From Candidatus Aenigmatarchaeota archaeon (GTDB lineage: Archaea > Aenigmatarchaeota > Aenigmatarchaeia > GW2011-AR5): 64,000 nucleotides of DNA. Both the position numbers and the translations under genes were made by a program. Below the pieces are notes generated by a model. The model had not been told where the DNA came from. It saw only the letters and a list, made by a program, of their open reading frames with translations, and made no database searches. Positions 1-9,375 of this stretch are shown in pieces; the first letter of the stretch is position 1; each line of letters opens with the position of its first letter. The DNA is taken from assembly GCA_043799385.1 (NCBI GenBank), contig JAZDNV010000001.1, positions 32,265 through 96,264 of the forward strand. Direction: 5' to 3'.

Positions 1-1
1 G

Positions 2-742
2 TTCAACATTCAATTTCTTGCAAAGGAGAATGAAATAAAGGTTATTGAATGCAATCTCAGGGCGTCAAGAAGTTTCCCTTTTGTTTCTAAGGTATCAAAA
101 ATAAATTTCAGTGATCTAGCAACGAAGGTTATAATGGGCCAAAAAATAGGGAAAAAAGACGCGATGAGTGTTAATTGTGTTGGTGTTAAAGCTCCTCAAT
201 TCTCTTTCTCAAGATTGAAAGGCGCAGATCCTATATTGACTGTGGAGATGACATCAACAGGCGAGGTGGCTTGTCTGGGGGATGATCTAAATGAAGCTTT
301 TCTCAAATCAATAATTTCTACTGGATTTTATCCTCCGAGTAAGAGTGTTCTTGTTAGCGTAGGCGGTTATAAAAATAAATACAAACTCTTGGATAGTATT
401 AAGACCTTAGAGTACTTAGGATTTGAGATATATGCAACAGAAAAAACGTCAGAATTTTTAAGTGAGTATGGAATAAAAAATATTATGGTACAGAAAGTCA
501 GCGAAGACTTTTCTGAATTAAACATTATAAATTTACTGAAAAATAAAAAAATAGACCTTGTAATAAATATTCCAAAAGATTTCACAAAACAGGAGCTGGA
601 AGATGAATATATAATAAGAAGGCATTCGGTAGACTATGCTATTCCTCTATTAACTAATATGGAATTATCTGAATTGTTCATTAAAACAATAACCAAAAAA
701 AGCCTAAATGACCTGAAGATAAAGGCATGGGATGAATATTAA
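2..742 (+). CDS. carB: Carbamoyl-phosphate synthase large subunit, C-terminal part including the MGS-like domain (5' end lies outside the window)
   Basis: The frame is open from nt 2 with no stops. Translation ...IECNLRASRSFPFVSKVSKINFSDLATKVIMGQKIG... matches the conserved CarB motif (E/V-N-P-RASR-x-x-PFVSKA) and is followed by an MGS-like tail. The ORF track's Met at 134 is internal. Confidence 0.8.
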   Translation, partial: FNIQFLAKENEIKVIECNLRASRSFPFVSKVSKINFSDLATKVIMGQKIGKKDAMSVNCVGVKAPQFSFSRLKGADPILTVEMTSTGEVACLGDDLNEAFLKSIISTGFYPPSKSVLVSVGGYKNKYKLLDSIKTLEYLGFEIYATEKTSEFLSEYGIKNIMVQKVSEDFSELNIINLLKNKKIDLVINIPKDFTKQELEDEYIIRRHSVDYAIPLLTNMELSELFIKTITKKSLNDLKIKAWDEY

Positions 743-903
743 TAGCCCTGCCAGGATTTTCTCAACCATTTCTTTCCTTCAACGCTTTCTTTTAAGAAAG
801 GGCTGCTTCGAACCTGGGTCTCAAGGTTTCTCTCTGTTTTGTGTCATTTTGTTACGAAGTTTAGACCAGAGCCTCGCATCCTTGACCACTAGACTACAGG
901 GCT
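743..903 (-). tRNA. tRNA-Gln (anticodon CUG) with two introns: a canonical 38-nt intron at 37/38 and a roughly 50-nt intron inside the T-loop at 59/60
   Basis: Hand fold of the minus strand: acceptor AGCCCTG/CAGGGCT plus discriminator A; D-arm GTCT-AGTGGTCAA-GGAT; anticodon stem CGAGG/CCTTG with loop CTCTGG^A (U33 present, anticodon CTG); variable loop AGAC; T-stem CCAGG/CCTGG with loop TTCGAA^T. Removing 38 nt and 50 nt gives a 73-nt canonical cloverleaf. An A1-U72 pair and discriminator A are typical of archaeal tRNA-Gln. Confidence 0.6.
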
Positions 904-937
904 ATCAATAAGAATTAAAGAGAGGAAAGGATTAAAA

Positions 938-1195
938 TCATCTTTCCATATCCTGCAGGGCCCTGCTGCCGTTTTTTGTTATTATGTAGCAGGTGGAGCC
1001 AATAGGATTTATCGTCGTGACGAGATTCTTCTCTATGAGGCCGCGGGTCGCCGAATCTATTATCACGTTCAAATCCTTCCCCGCATTGCCATCGTCTTTG
1101 ATGATTTTTTTCAACTCGTTCTTTGTCACTAGGCTGGACTCTCCTATCTTCCTCAGCAATTTTTCCTCGATTTTTGTCAGACTCATTTTAATCAA
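938..1195 (-). CDS. Small winged-helix DNA-binding protein (MarR/TrmB-like fold), function unknown
   Basis: 85-aa ORF with an HTH-like core (SLVTKNELKKII...GLIEKNLV). It overlaps the upstream DJ-1 gene by 8 nt, so it is probably co-transcribed. It belongs to a set of similar small wHTH ORFs in this window. Confidence 0.45.
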   Translation of the reverse strand: MIKMSLTKIEEKLLRKIGESSLVTKNELKKIIKDDGNAGKDLNVIIDSATRGLIEKNLVTTINPIGSTCYIITKNGSRALQDMER

Positions 1196-1724
1196 CTGCC
1201 ATTTGTTCTCTTAGCTTTTTTTCAACGCCCTTGCCAGAAATTATTTCAACTATTTTCAACGCGAACTCTATTGCCGTTCCTGGACCCTTGGATGTTATAA
1301 CATTTTTATCAACGATAACCTTTGCATCACGCACTCTGGGCAATTCTTTTTCCAAACCGGTAGCTATCGTTCCTATTCTGTCCTCCATTATCCCTGCCTT
1401 TGCGAGCACAGAAGGCGCACCGCATATGGCTGCTATCAATTTTTTCTTCTTCTCAAAATTCTTTACCAGATTGATAACGATTTGGCTGTTTGCAAGATTC
1501 TTGTAGCCTGGGTTACCGCCTGGTAGTATTAAAATATCATAATCGTTCGTATTGATATCACCCAGCCTTTTATCGGCCATCACGCGGACGGCATGTGAAC
1601 TTTCAACTATAGTGGAAATTAGACCTGCGACCGTTACGTCTATCTTTGCCCTGCGCAGTATATCGACTACTGCAAATGACTCGATTTCTTCAAAACCATT
1701 AGCCAAAATTACCAGAGCCTTCAT
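1188..1724 (-). CDS. DJ-1/PfpI family protein (ThiJ-like intracellular protease/deglycase)
   Basis: MKALVILANGFEEIE...ILILPGG...AICGAP is a typical class-I glutamine amidotransferase-like DJ-1/PfpI signature with the nucleophile-elbow Cys. Confidence 0.8.
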   Translation of the reverse strand: MKALVILANGFEEIESFAVVDILRRAKIDVTVAGLISTIVESSHAVRVMADKRLGDINTNDYDILILPGGNPGYKNLANSQIVINLVKNFEKKKKLIAAICGAPSVLAKAGIMEDRIGTIATGLEKELPRVRDAKVIVDKNVITSKGPGTAIEFALKIVEIISGKGVEKKLREQMAVD

Positions 1725-1829
1725 ACTAAATCTAATAATATTCGTTATTTCTATATAAAGTTTCGTAAAGTTTTTTCAAAAGACGATAGATATAAAAGCG
1801 TTGACAATGGATTAATTAGAGGTGGTTCG

Positions 1830-2312
1830 ATGCCCATAGTTGGACTCAATATTAAATCAATAACAGCCAAGATGACCAAGTTAGACGAAAAAAAGGATGA
1901 CAAAACGTCAGTTAGAAAAATAAACACCAAGATAACGCCTGAAGTCGTGAACGTTGAGAGTTTCGACAAAAAGCTTGCTGATATCCCTAATTTTAACACT
2001 GACAACATCATAAAAATCATTTTCAAATTCGAAATAAGCTACGAACTGAAAACTGATGAGAAGAAAGGGGAGAAGATAGGTGAAATTGTGTTTAATGGTG
2101 ATTTCCTATATCAAACAAACGATACAAAGAACGTATTGAACAGATGGAAAAAAGAAAAGAAATTAGAAAATAATATTACCGCTGAAATTTATGACAGGAT
2201 TTTCAGAACATTCCTATCGAATGCTGTCGGCATAGCGAATTATTTCATGCTGCCACCTCCGATAGAATTTCCAAAATTCGAGTTCAAGGACAGCGACGAA
2301 TACATCGGCTAG
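1830..2312 (+). CDS. Hypothetical protein, possibly SecB-like chaperone fold
   Basis: 160-aa ORF with a good start context after an AT-rich promoter region. No diagnostic motif. A distant resemblance to SecB-type chaperones is speculative. Confidence 0.35.
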   Translation: MPIVGLNIKSITAKMTKLDEKKDDKTSVRKINTKITPEVVNVESFDKKLADIPNFNTDNIIKIIFKFEISYELKTDEKKGEKIGEIVFNGDFLYQTNDTKNVLNRWKKEKKLENNITAEIYDRIFRTFLSNAVGIANYFMLPPPIEFPKFEFKDSDEYIG

Positions 2313-2572
2313 TCGATAACCGCACCGTATATATTCTCAAATCTTTTTTGCAACTGTTCTAGTCTTTCTGTTAACAAATTTATTTTTACATTAATTTCAT
2401 CTATCTCTATTTTTAACAAATCAATTCCAGTGTGTTCATCTAACTTTTTAATGATCGAATCAACATTATTTTTCAAATCATCCAGCAATATTTCTCTTCT
2501 CTCGTCGCTCGTTAGTTCTTCGGTTATTTCAGTCATGATACTAGAATATGGATAAAAATATTTATGCTCCAA
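2309..2572 (-). CDS. Hypothetical coiled-coil protein (true start may be Met13 at 2536)
   Basis: Small acidic coiled-coil ORF, convergent with the previous gene. No recognisable family. Confidence 0.3.
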   Translation of the reverse strand: MEHKYFYPYSSIMTEITEELTSDERREILLDDLKNNVDSIIKKLDEHTGIDLLKIEIDEINVKINLLTERLEQLQKRFENIYGAVID

Positions 2573-3019
2573 AAAATCTTTTTATTCGGAAAAAAGAAGT
2601 ATAATCATGTGCCTAAAAAATATATACGCTAAAGGAATTTGCACAGCAGTATGCATGACAGGTTTTATAACATTGCTTGTCAGCGGTTTTCTATATCAGG
2701 CGAAAGCAGGCTCGCTTCTGGCAGATTATTCAGCACTTGCAAACGTTCTTGCCAGATATTTCGTTGCATTCCTGTTCGTAGGCTGTGCAAAATGCTGCAT
2801 GAAGTGCGATAAGAAGAAGAGGTAATCTGAACTTTTCGATTCATGCATTTTTTTAGTTTTTATAATTTCTTCTGTAACATCTATTAAATAAAATATATTT
2901 TTAACAATATTCATTAAATTGGAGATGATATATGTACTATAACAGATATTTTATAGTATATAATATTGATATGTAGGTTAAAAATATTAAAAATTGCTTG
3001 TTATCCCTCACATAAAAGA

Positions 3020-3574
3020 CTATTCATCGACGACATTTTCATTTACTTCATTAACGCCTTCTTCGCTTTCTTCTGATATCTCCTGCGGTTCTACATTTTC
3101 ATCGGTTTTTGCATCTACCTTTTCCTTCCTTGCTATACCTAGCATGAGTAGGTCATCGAAATCCTTGGCTATTCTTCTGGTTTTTCGCATGAAAGACTTC
3201 ATCGACGACTCAACGCGGTCCATTAGGCGATTAACTGTATTAGCCGGAAGCATGTAACCCTTGATAAAGCCGCTGCCGGCTGGTATTTTCACGAACTCTA
3301 TGAGGCCGATAGAACGCCACTTTCTAAGTTCTTCGTAAGTTTGCGATTGCGAAACCTGCAATATCTGCGATATCTTTTCTATCGACAACGGGATGTTATC
3401 CTTTTTCATCTTTAGCAATTCCAGAAGTAGTTCCGCATGCCTTGCCTTACTCTCTTTCCTTTTCAGTCCAAGACGCTTTACCAAAACACGGGATAGGTCT
3501 TCTAAACTCAAATCCGTCTTATGGTCAGGCGGGCTTATTCTTTGAAAAACCATATCAGATAACTTTTTTTTCAT
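3020..3574 (-). CDS. Winged-helix transcriptional regulator with acidic C-terminal tail
   Basis: HTH-like segment SIEKISQILQVSQSQTYEELRKWRSIGLIEF and a highly acidic C-terminus (EPQEISEESEEGVNEVNENVVDE). Confidence 0.5.
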   Translation of the reverse strand: MKKKLSDMVFQRISPPDHKTDLSLEDLSRVLVKRLGLKRKESKARHAELLLELLKMKKDNIPLSIEKISQILQVSQSQTYEELRKWRSIGLIEFVKIPAGSGFIKGYMLPANTVNRLMDRVESSMKSFMRKTRRIAKDFDDLLMLGIARKEKVDAKTDENVEPQEISEESEEGVNEVNENVVDE

Positions 3575-3922
3575 AAAATCATCTTATGAATTGCTATTTT
3601 TTACGCTGCTTTTTTCGCTGGAGGGTATGGTATTGGCTGAATATATACACAGCAAGTGGTCAGTAATTTGCAATTTTTGGCCATAACAACCGCCAACTGA
3701 GCGGCAAAAACCATCAGGAATTTCGTGCAATAATATTCCAGACAAAAAATTAGTCATTTTATCACATTCATAATTAGGCAAGAGTAAGTTTTTAAAGTGC
3801 TCGGTTTTTCATATGTTTGGTATGTAACCTTGGTTACATAGCAGACGTCCTTGTCCATGGACTTTTTGGTTTTCACTACTTATGATAGAAATTATGGTCA
3901 AGAATTGGAGTAAGCAGGTTTT

Positions 3923-4609
3923 TCATATCTGACTATCTGAGATGTGTCCGTTTTTTTCAGAATTAGGGTAGAATCTTATTTTTTGTCCGCCTGACCTATG
4001 CAAAGTCACAGGCGTCTCCAGGATATGTGTTAAATACCTGTTTTTTCTCTTGTATGGTTCTTCTCCCACTATCCTTGCAATGAAGTATCCGACCAAAAGA
4101 GCCATGCCACAGGCAGCAAGATAACCAAAACCCTCTATACCTTTTTCTACCTGACCTGTGCTAACACCCTGATATATTCCTGTTCCAAGCGCAGACAGGT
4201 CTATTAGTAAATCCGTACCAACTGCAACATCTCCAACCAACTCCCATCTGTCTGCCATAGCCCTGCTGTAATCTGCTTCAGAACCAACTGATTTATTGGT
4301 AACATTGATGATATCTGCTGTCTTGAGGCTTGACCTAGATGATGGATATAAATGGATTTCTTTCACAGGAAGTTCGTATTCCTTTTTCTCCCTTCCAATT
4401 TTTTCTCTCACATGTCTCATCAACCTTCTTACAGGCTTTAGTTCGTTCATGCGCCTCGTTCTCTCAAGGTCCTCAGCTTCCTTGTATCCTTTGTAGAGGT
4501 TTTCCATGAAATCGTCTGTCAACTCTCCGTCTTTGACTATATCATCAAAGCTGTTTATTTTGACGTCTAAGGTGCTTTTTTTCTCATTGAATTCGGTAGT
4601 TATTGACAT
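3923..4609 (-). CDS. Hypothetical protein: N-terminal coiled coil plus a C-terminal glycine-zipper transmembrane hairpin
   Basis: The N-terminus is charged and helical. The C-terminal half, VGDVAVGTDLLIDLSALGTGIYQGVSTGQVEKGIEGFGYLAACGMALLVGYFIA, has GxxxG-type glycine-zipper TM segments. No known family recognised. Confidence 0.5.
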   Translation of the reverse strand: MSITTEFNEKKSTLDVKINSFDDIVKDGELTDDFMENLYKGYKEAEDLERTRRMNELKPVRRLMRHVREKIGREKKEYELPVKEIHLYPSSRSSLKTADIINVTNKSVGSEADYSRAMADRWELVGDVAVGTDLLIDLSALGTGIYQGVSTGQVEKGIEGFGYLAACGMALLVGYFIARIVGEEPYKRKNRYLTHILETPVTLHRSGGQKIRFYPNSEKNGHISDSQI

Positions 4610-4671
4610 AGTTCAGCTATAGAAGAAAAACTCTTAAATCTAGTGGGAAAAACGTGGGTATATATAGTTGC

Positions 4672-4953
4672 CTATTTCTTCTTCTTCAGTTTCGAGAATT
4701 TCCTTAGGACGTTCTCGAAATCGCCTGCCAAATCAAGTCCGTCCTGCGTTAATTTTACGAACTTTATCCTACCCTCTTTCTCGAACTCAACAAGACCCAG
4801 GGTCATGAATATGTCTAGTAGTTTCACCGTGTGCGAATACGTGCAATCTGTTTCTTTTGCAAGGATGGATACGTAAGCGTCGCCCTTGTTTTTTATATTG
4901 AGAAGTAGTCTTACCGGCTTTCTTCTGAGAAACAATTCCTCCATCTCCGACAT
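4672..4953 (-). CDS. Small winged-helix transcriptional regulator (MarR/PadR-like)
   Basis: 93 aa; VSILAKETDCTYSHTVKLLDIFMTLGLVEFEKEGR is a recognition helix followed by a wing. Basic C-terminus. Confidence 0.55.
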   Translation of the reverse strand: MSEMEELFLRRKPVRLLLNIKNKGDAYVSILAKETDCTYSHTVKLLDIFMTLGLVEFEKEGRIKFVKLTQDGLDLAGDFENVLRKFSKLKKKK

Positions 4954-5000
4954 ATTTACTTTAATATATGTTTTCGAGGTTTAAATATTTTTTAAGACCA

Positions 5001-5017
5001 TTTAAAAATATATAAGG
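5001..5017 (+). promoter_or_regulatory. TATA-box-like element upstream of the histone gene, suggesting a leaderless or short-leader transcript
   Basis: tttaaaaatatataagg lies 12 to 28 nt upstream of the ATG at 5029. Archaeal TATA boxes sit about 26 nt upstream of the transcription start site. Confidence 0.35.
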
Positions 5018-5028
5018 AAGGTAATGCT

Positions 5029-5238
5029 ATGGAAATGACGTTGCAGTCGATGCGGAGATTGTTCAAAAAAGCTGGCGCAAAGCGTGTTTCTGACAAGGCT
5101 GCCATAGAATTGGGCAAAATAGTTGAAACAAAGGCTAGTTCGATGCTTCTGGAGGCAAAAAAAGTGTCGGAACACAGCGGTCGCAGAACGATATTGAAAA
5201 GGGATGTAAAACTCGCAAAAAAGATTCTGGAAGAGTAA
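5029..5238 (+). CDS. Archaeal histone (HMf-type histone fold)
   Basis: 69 aa; the pattern RLFKKAGAKRVSDKAAIELGKIVE...HSGRRTILKRDVKLAKK aligns with HMfA/B (IGRIIKNAGAERVSDDARIALAKVLEE...HAGRKTIKAEDIELA). Confidence 0.85.
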   Translation: MEMTLQSMRRLFKKAGAKRVSDKAAIELGKIVETKASSMLLEAKKVSEHSGRRTILKRDVKLAKKILEE

Positions 5239-5271
5239 CAACTTTAAACATTTTTCCGTGTTATTATCACC

Positions 5272-6231
5272 ATGCTTGACGAGCTAGTCAAAACGGTTTC
5301 TGCTGCTTCTGGTCTTAACGAAGAAAACATACGGATCAAGATAGCTGAAAAACAGAGGGAACTTTCTGGTCTAGTGTCCGAAGAAGGCGCATGCCATATA
5401 ATTGCTCGAGAGCTTGGCGTAAAGCTGATACGTGAATGCAAGAGACTCAACATAAAGAACGTTATTCCTGGGATGCAGAACGTGGATATAATTGGCAGGA
5501 TAATAAAAATCTTCCCTGCTCGCGAGTTTGGCAATGAAAAGAAGGGCAGAGTAGCCAGCATCTTTGTTGCAGACGAGACCGGACCTATAAGATTATCGCT
5601 ATGGGACAGCGAAACCGACAAAATAAGCGAGTTCAGCGTCGGCGATGTCATCCAGATAAAGGGTTACGTAAAGGATAACCTCGGCGAGCCAGAGATACGT
5701 CTAGGCAGGTACGGCTCAATCGAAAAAATAACACATGAGATGCCTGAGTTAAAAAATCTAGGCGGATTTGAGAGAAGAACAGAGAGAATTGCAATATACG
5801 AGATGAAAGAGAACCAATATTGCGAAATTCGAGCTTGCTTAATAAGCGTATTCGAGTCAAATCCGTTTTACAGCGTCTGCTCAAAGTGCGGTTCGCGGTT
5901 GAAGGATGATAAATGTCCAGAACATGGCGTTGTGGAGCCGGAGTATGAACTGGTCTTGACGGGCATAATAGACGATGGCTCAGACTCGATAAGGGCGGTA
6001 TTTTTCCGCGACAACGCCGAGAAGGTATTGGGCATGGCAAAGAATGACGCGAAGAAGGTCGTTTTCGGCAGAGGCGTTCCTGCATTGATAGATAAAATAG
6101 AATTAGGGGTGGAGTTTATATTTGCTGGCAGGGTCAAGAAAAATATGTTATTCGACAGGCTTGAGTTTATAGTCAATAGCATTAAAAATGTTGATGTTAA
6201 GGATGAGATAGAGATGATGCTGAATGCCTAA
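5272..6231 (+). CDS. Replication protein A-like single-stranded-DNA-binding protein (OB fold plus zinc ribbon)
   Basis: An OB-fold region ([12 protein letters not shown]...[18 protein letters not shown]) and a C4 zinc-ribbon (CSKCGSRL...CPEHG) typical of archaeal RPA. Overlaps radA by 8 nt, so the two are likely an operon. Confidence 0.7.
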   Translation: MLDELVKTVSAASGLNEENIRIKIAEKQRELSGLVSEEGACHIIARELGVKLIRECKRLNIKNVIPGMQNVDIIGRIIKIFPAREFGNEKKGRVASIFVADETGPIRLSLWDSETDKISEFSVGDVIQIKGYVKDNLGEPEIRLGRYGSIEKITHEMPELKNLGGFERRTERIAIYEMKENQYCEIRACLISVFESNPFYSVCSKCGSRLKDDKCPEHGVVEPEYELVLTGIIDDGSDSIRAVFFRDNAEKVLGMAKNDAKKVVFGRGVPALIDKIELGVEFIFAGRVKKNMLFDRLEFIVNSIKNVDVKDEIEMMLNA

Positions 6232-7222
6232 GGAAGAAGTAAAAGAGAGCACTACTAAGGAAGAATCGATTAAAGCGAGTATGAATGAGGCATTTACACT
6301 TGAGGATTTGCCTGGTGTTGGACCAAAGGGCGCAAAAAAACTGAAAGACGCTGGTTTCGAGGATTTAATGTCAATAGCTGCAGCGTCATCAAAAGAGCTC
6401 GCAAACGTTTGTGAAATAGGCGAGGCAACAGCAGAAAAAATCATAGAAGCGGCGCGCGATAAACTGGATATGGGGTTCAAGACCGCTTCTGACTTTCTTG
6501 AAAAAAGAAAGGAGATAGGAAGAATAACGACAGGCAGCAAGACATTAAATGATTTACTGGGCGGTGGTGTTGAAACGCAGGCGATAACAGAAGCGTACGG
6601 CGCTTTTGGCTCTGGAAAAACGCAACTAGGTTTTCAGCTAGCGATAAGCGTGCAATTACCGAAAGAGAAAGGCGGGTTAAACGGCCGCTGTCTTCTTATA
6701 GACACAGAATCTACCTTCCGTCCTGAGCGAATAGAACAGGTCGCGACTGCGATGGGACTAGACCCGAAAAAGGTTTTGAAAAACATATTTGTTGCGCGCG
6801 CCTACAACTCGGACCATCAAATAGTTTTAGTCGAGAAAGCGAAAGACATGATAAGGGAGAACAACATAAAACTTATAATAATAGATTCCATGATGTCACA
6901 TTTCCGTTCTGATTACACGGGACGAGGGGAATTAGCTCCGCGACAGCAAAAGCTTAATCGCCATCTACATGAATTGCAGAAGATTGCTGATATTTATAAC
7001 ATTGCAATTTACATAACAAACCAGGTAATGGCACGTCCGGATATGCTGTTTGGCGATCCTACGGCTGCAATAGGCGGTCATGTTCTTGGTCATGCATCCA
7101 CTTTCAGATTATATTTCAGGAAGAGCAAACAAACGAAGAGAATAGCAAGATTAATCGATTCGCCATCGCTACCCGAGGGCGAAGCGATTTTTTCAGTCAC
7201 CGAGAAAGGTATTGAAGACTAA
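6224..7222 (+). CDS. radA: DNA repair and recombination protein RadA
   Basis: N-terminal HhH ([20 protein letters not shown]), Walker [10 protein letters not shown], and the conserved RadA/Rad51 core ([14 protein letters not shown]...). Confidence 0.95.
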   Translation: MPKEEVKESTTKEESIKASMNEAFTLEDLPGVGPKGAKKLKDAGFEDLMSIAAASSKELANVCEIGEATAEKIIEAARDKLDMGFKTASDFLEKRKEIGRITTGSKTLNDLLGGGVETQAITEAYGAFGSGKTQLGFQLAISVQLPKEKGGLNGRCLLIDTESTFRPERIEQVATAMGLDPKKVLKNIFVARAYNSDHQIVLVEKAKDMIRENNIKLIIIDSMMSHFRSDYTGRGELAPRQQKLNRHLHELQKIADIYNIAIYITNQVMARPDMLFGDPTAAIGGHVLGHASTFRLYFRKSKQTKRIARLIDSPSLPEGEAIFSVTEKGIED

Positions 7223-7267
7223 TTTCTTATGTTAGATATAAATATCAAAAATTTTATAAAATAAAAT

Positions 7268-7525
7268 TTAAGAAATCTCTTTTTCAGAAACTATCACAAA
7301 GTCTCCAACGGACTTGACGGAAGAGAACGGCACGAGCAGTCTATTGACTTCATCCTTCTCAAGGCTCAAATCACTTGAATATTTTGTAGGTTCCACCAGC
7401 ACGATATTCAATAACTCGCCTGATTCAGAAACAAAGTTTATATCGCCAACGACGCCAAACTTTCTTCCTGTCTCTTCTGAAACAAGTATCTTCCCTATCA
7501 GGTCGCGTCCTCTATTCTTTATCAT
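7268..7525 (-). CDS. PRC-barrel domain protein
   Basis: 85 aa with a PRC-barrel-like pattern (LIGKILVSEETGRKFGVVGDINF...). A paralog lies at 40313..40603. Confidence 0.55.
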   Translation of the reverse strand: MIKNRGRDLIGKILVSEETGRKFGVVGDINFVSESGELLNIVLVEPTKYSSDLSLEKDEVNRLLVPFSSVKSVGDFVIVSEKEIS

Positions 7526-7600
7526 CCAATCACCTAATTATATTCCCATCGCAGATTTAAATATTTGTTTTTGATATCGTTATTTTTATGTTAGGGATAA

Positions 7601-8818
7601 TTACGACTTTACAACAAGCGTTTTTATCCGCGGGGAAAGCCTGTAAATGAACGTCTTGTCACGCTTTTCCCTTTCAACGAGATTTTCCTGAAGCAGTATT
7701 TTCAATACGTTGTTTAACGACCGCACAGCATGCTGCCTTGACTTGTATTTTTCCAGATCGAGCATGTCGGCAATGTCGCCTGGCGAAAGCGATTTTTTGC
7801 TCAAGAAATTTATGACCTCTTTCTGCATGTTTGTCAGTCTGTCAAGAATCTTCATCGTCGTTGGCTTCTCTTCTATATCTTCGCGCAAAAGGTCGGGTGT
7901 TATTCTTCTTCTTTCCTCCTTAATTGCTAAATTAACTAGCTCGTTTGATAATCTTAAAACTTCGCGCGGAAAGCCGCCTGTCCTCTCGTATATCATATCT
8001 ATTGTTTCCGGCAGGAACGGCTCTATATCATTGCCGCCAACGCTCGCTATCCTCTTTCTAATCAACTCAAACGTTTCTTCTTTTGTTAGGGATAAAAGCT
8101 CTATTCTGGCCACGATTCTTTTTCTTAACGTTTCGAGTTTGTCTTTTATATGGTCCTCGAATATAGGCAAACCTGATAAAATAATAGACATGTTTTCCAC
8201 CTGGTCGCTCAGAACGCGGAGCCATTCCAGAATATCGATATCCGCTTCATGCGATTCGTCAAACATTATAATCAGGTATTTATTTCTCAATTTTTTGTTC
8301 AGAAAACCGGAAATATCATACGTATTTTTTATGTTAGGGTTAAATGGCCTTAAAAACCATGAAATCCTGAATTTTTCTTTAAATATCCTCACAAATTCAT
8401 CCGGCTTGTAAGGTGGTTTTGCGATGTAAATATGTTCATAACCTAGGGGAAGATTGTTAGAAACCCATTTTAGCAAGGTTGTCTTTCCAGATCCCGTTGG
8501 ACCTGTAACTAGTATTATCTTATGCTTTTCTTCCAGCAATGATAGTATCTCATCCCGTTGCTCACTGTAGCCGACTGATATAGAAGGCGTTATTCTGAAC
8601 GTGAACGGGTTAGCAGACCAACCAACATCGTTGAGCCATTTTTTGACTATTTTAGGTTCTAATCTGGCAGTTTTATGGGTTTTTTCGTATTTTTTCTCTT
8701 CTTTTTCTACTCTAGCTTCTCTCTTCTCTTCTATTGGCTTTTCTATGTTAGGGATAACTGCCACGCTTGGAGCTGTATTTTTGCTGCTCTCGTCGCTAAC
8801 TGTATTCTCATCAACCAT
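7601..8818 (-). CDS. Divergent Orc1/Cdc6-like AAA+ ATPase with C-terminal winged helix and a charged N-terminal extension
   Basis: Walker A GPTGSGKTTLL, Walker B MFDESH, and a C-terminal wH domain (KEVINFLSKKSLSPGDIADMLD...). The AAA+ plus wH architecture is that of Orc1/Cdc6, but the sequence differs from the canonical copy at 25558. It sits next to a dense inverted repeat cluster. Confidence 0.6.
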   Translation of the reverse strand: MVDENTVSDESSKNTAPSVAVIPNIEKPIEEKREARVEKEEKKYEKTHKTARLEPKIVKKWLNDVGWSANPFTFRITPSISVGYSEQRDEILSLLEEKHKIILVTGPTGSGKTTLLKWVSNNLPLGYEHIYIAKPPYKPDEFVRIFKEKFRISWFLRPFNPNIKNTYDISGFLNKKLRNKYLIIMFDESHEADIDILEWLRVLSDQVENMSIILSGLPIFEDHIKDKLETLRKRIVARIELLSLTKEETFELIRKRIASVGGNDIEPFLPETIDMIYERTGGFPREVLRLSNELVNLAIKEERRRITPDLLREDIEEKPTTMKILDRLTNMQKEVINFLSKKSLSPGDIADMLDLEKYKSRQHAVRSLNNVLKILLQENLVEREKRDKTFIYRLSPRIKTLVVKS

Positions 8819-8849
8819 ATGCCTATTATGTACAGCTGTTTTATTAAAA

Positions 8850-9260
8850 GATTTTCGTGTTCAACTTCATATTTTTCTTCGTGAAGTTCATCAAATTTTA
8901 AACAAGTTCACTAAAGTTTTATAGACTTTAATGAACTTCATCAAATTTCACAATGAATTCACGTGAAGTTCATGAAGATCTTTTTTAATTTCGTGAAGTA
9001 AGATGAAGGTTTTGTGAAGGGTTTTGTGAATATTTATTACGTATTTTAGTTGTAATAAATGCATAAATGTGAGTTTTTCATATAATTTCTCCAAGGTTTG
9101 GTAAGAGTATTCATATTATGTTCATTTAGCTTCATGGAATATTCATAGATGTTCATTTTAACTTCATATAACTTCACGCAACTTCACGTAATCTTCACGA
9201 AATGTTCACGAAGCCTGTTATGAATGTGGGTAAAATTGTGAGAAATAAAGCCATTTTCGT
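8850..9260. repeat. Dense cluster of short direct and inverted repeats (core AACTTCACG / CGTGAAGTT, plus GTTCATCAAATTT) flanking an AT-rich centre; candidate replication origin or initiator-binding array
   Basis: The left half carries CGTGAAGTTCATCAAATTT, GAACTTCATCAAATTTCAC, TTCACGTGAAGTTCATGAAG, TTCGTGAAGTAAG and TTTGTGAAGGGTTTTGTGAAT. The right half carries four tandem copies AACTTCACGC / AACTTCACGT / AATCTTCACGA / AATGTTCACGA at 9168..9215, which are the reverse complement of the left-half unit. The centre 9030..9160 is AT-rich. Confidence 0.6.
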
Positions 9261-9375
9261 GAGATTGAAATAATAAAATTTTAAAATTTAAATTCAAAAT
9301 ATTGACAATAAAAGCTGAAAACCTAAAATATTTCCTTTTTAGACTGAAAATAACACAATATTAGTGTAATTATTG

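Noticed and set aside
3584-3781. 65-aa ORF on the minus strand in the gap downstream of the glycine-zipper gene
   Set aside because: No start context or motif supports it beyond a few Cys residues, so it was mentioned only inside the locus finding and not called as a feature.
743-4953. Integrated mobile element at tRNA-Gln (small wHTH genes and unknown ORFs begin right next to the tRNA)
   Set aside because: There is no integrase, no att-like direct repeat of the tRNA 3' end further along, and the genes are interspersed with housekeeping ones (DJ-1, histone, RPA/RadA follow). The evidence is insufficient.
5244-6085. ORF-track ORFs antisense to or overlapping well-supported genes (e.g. 5244..5651, 5648..6085, 7710..8411, 13353..13883, 26190..26840, 31416..31946, 46026..46706)
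   Set aside because: They lie entirely within, and antisense or out of frame to, genes with strong homology signatures. Their translations are low-complexity (Ser/Leu/Phe-rich), as expected for the opposite strand of AT-rich coding DNA.
7577-8757. Three copies of the 14-mer TATGTTAGGGATAA (7577, about 8330, 8744) around and inside the Orc1-like gene
   Set aside because: Two copies are in-frame coding sequence for Pro-Asn-Ile tripeptides. At this length and AT content several chance 14-mer repeats are expected in 64 kb. No flanking target-site duplication or mobile-element genes are present.
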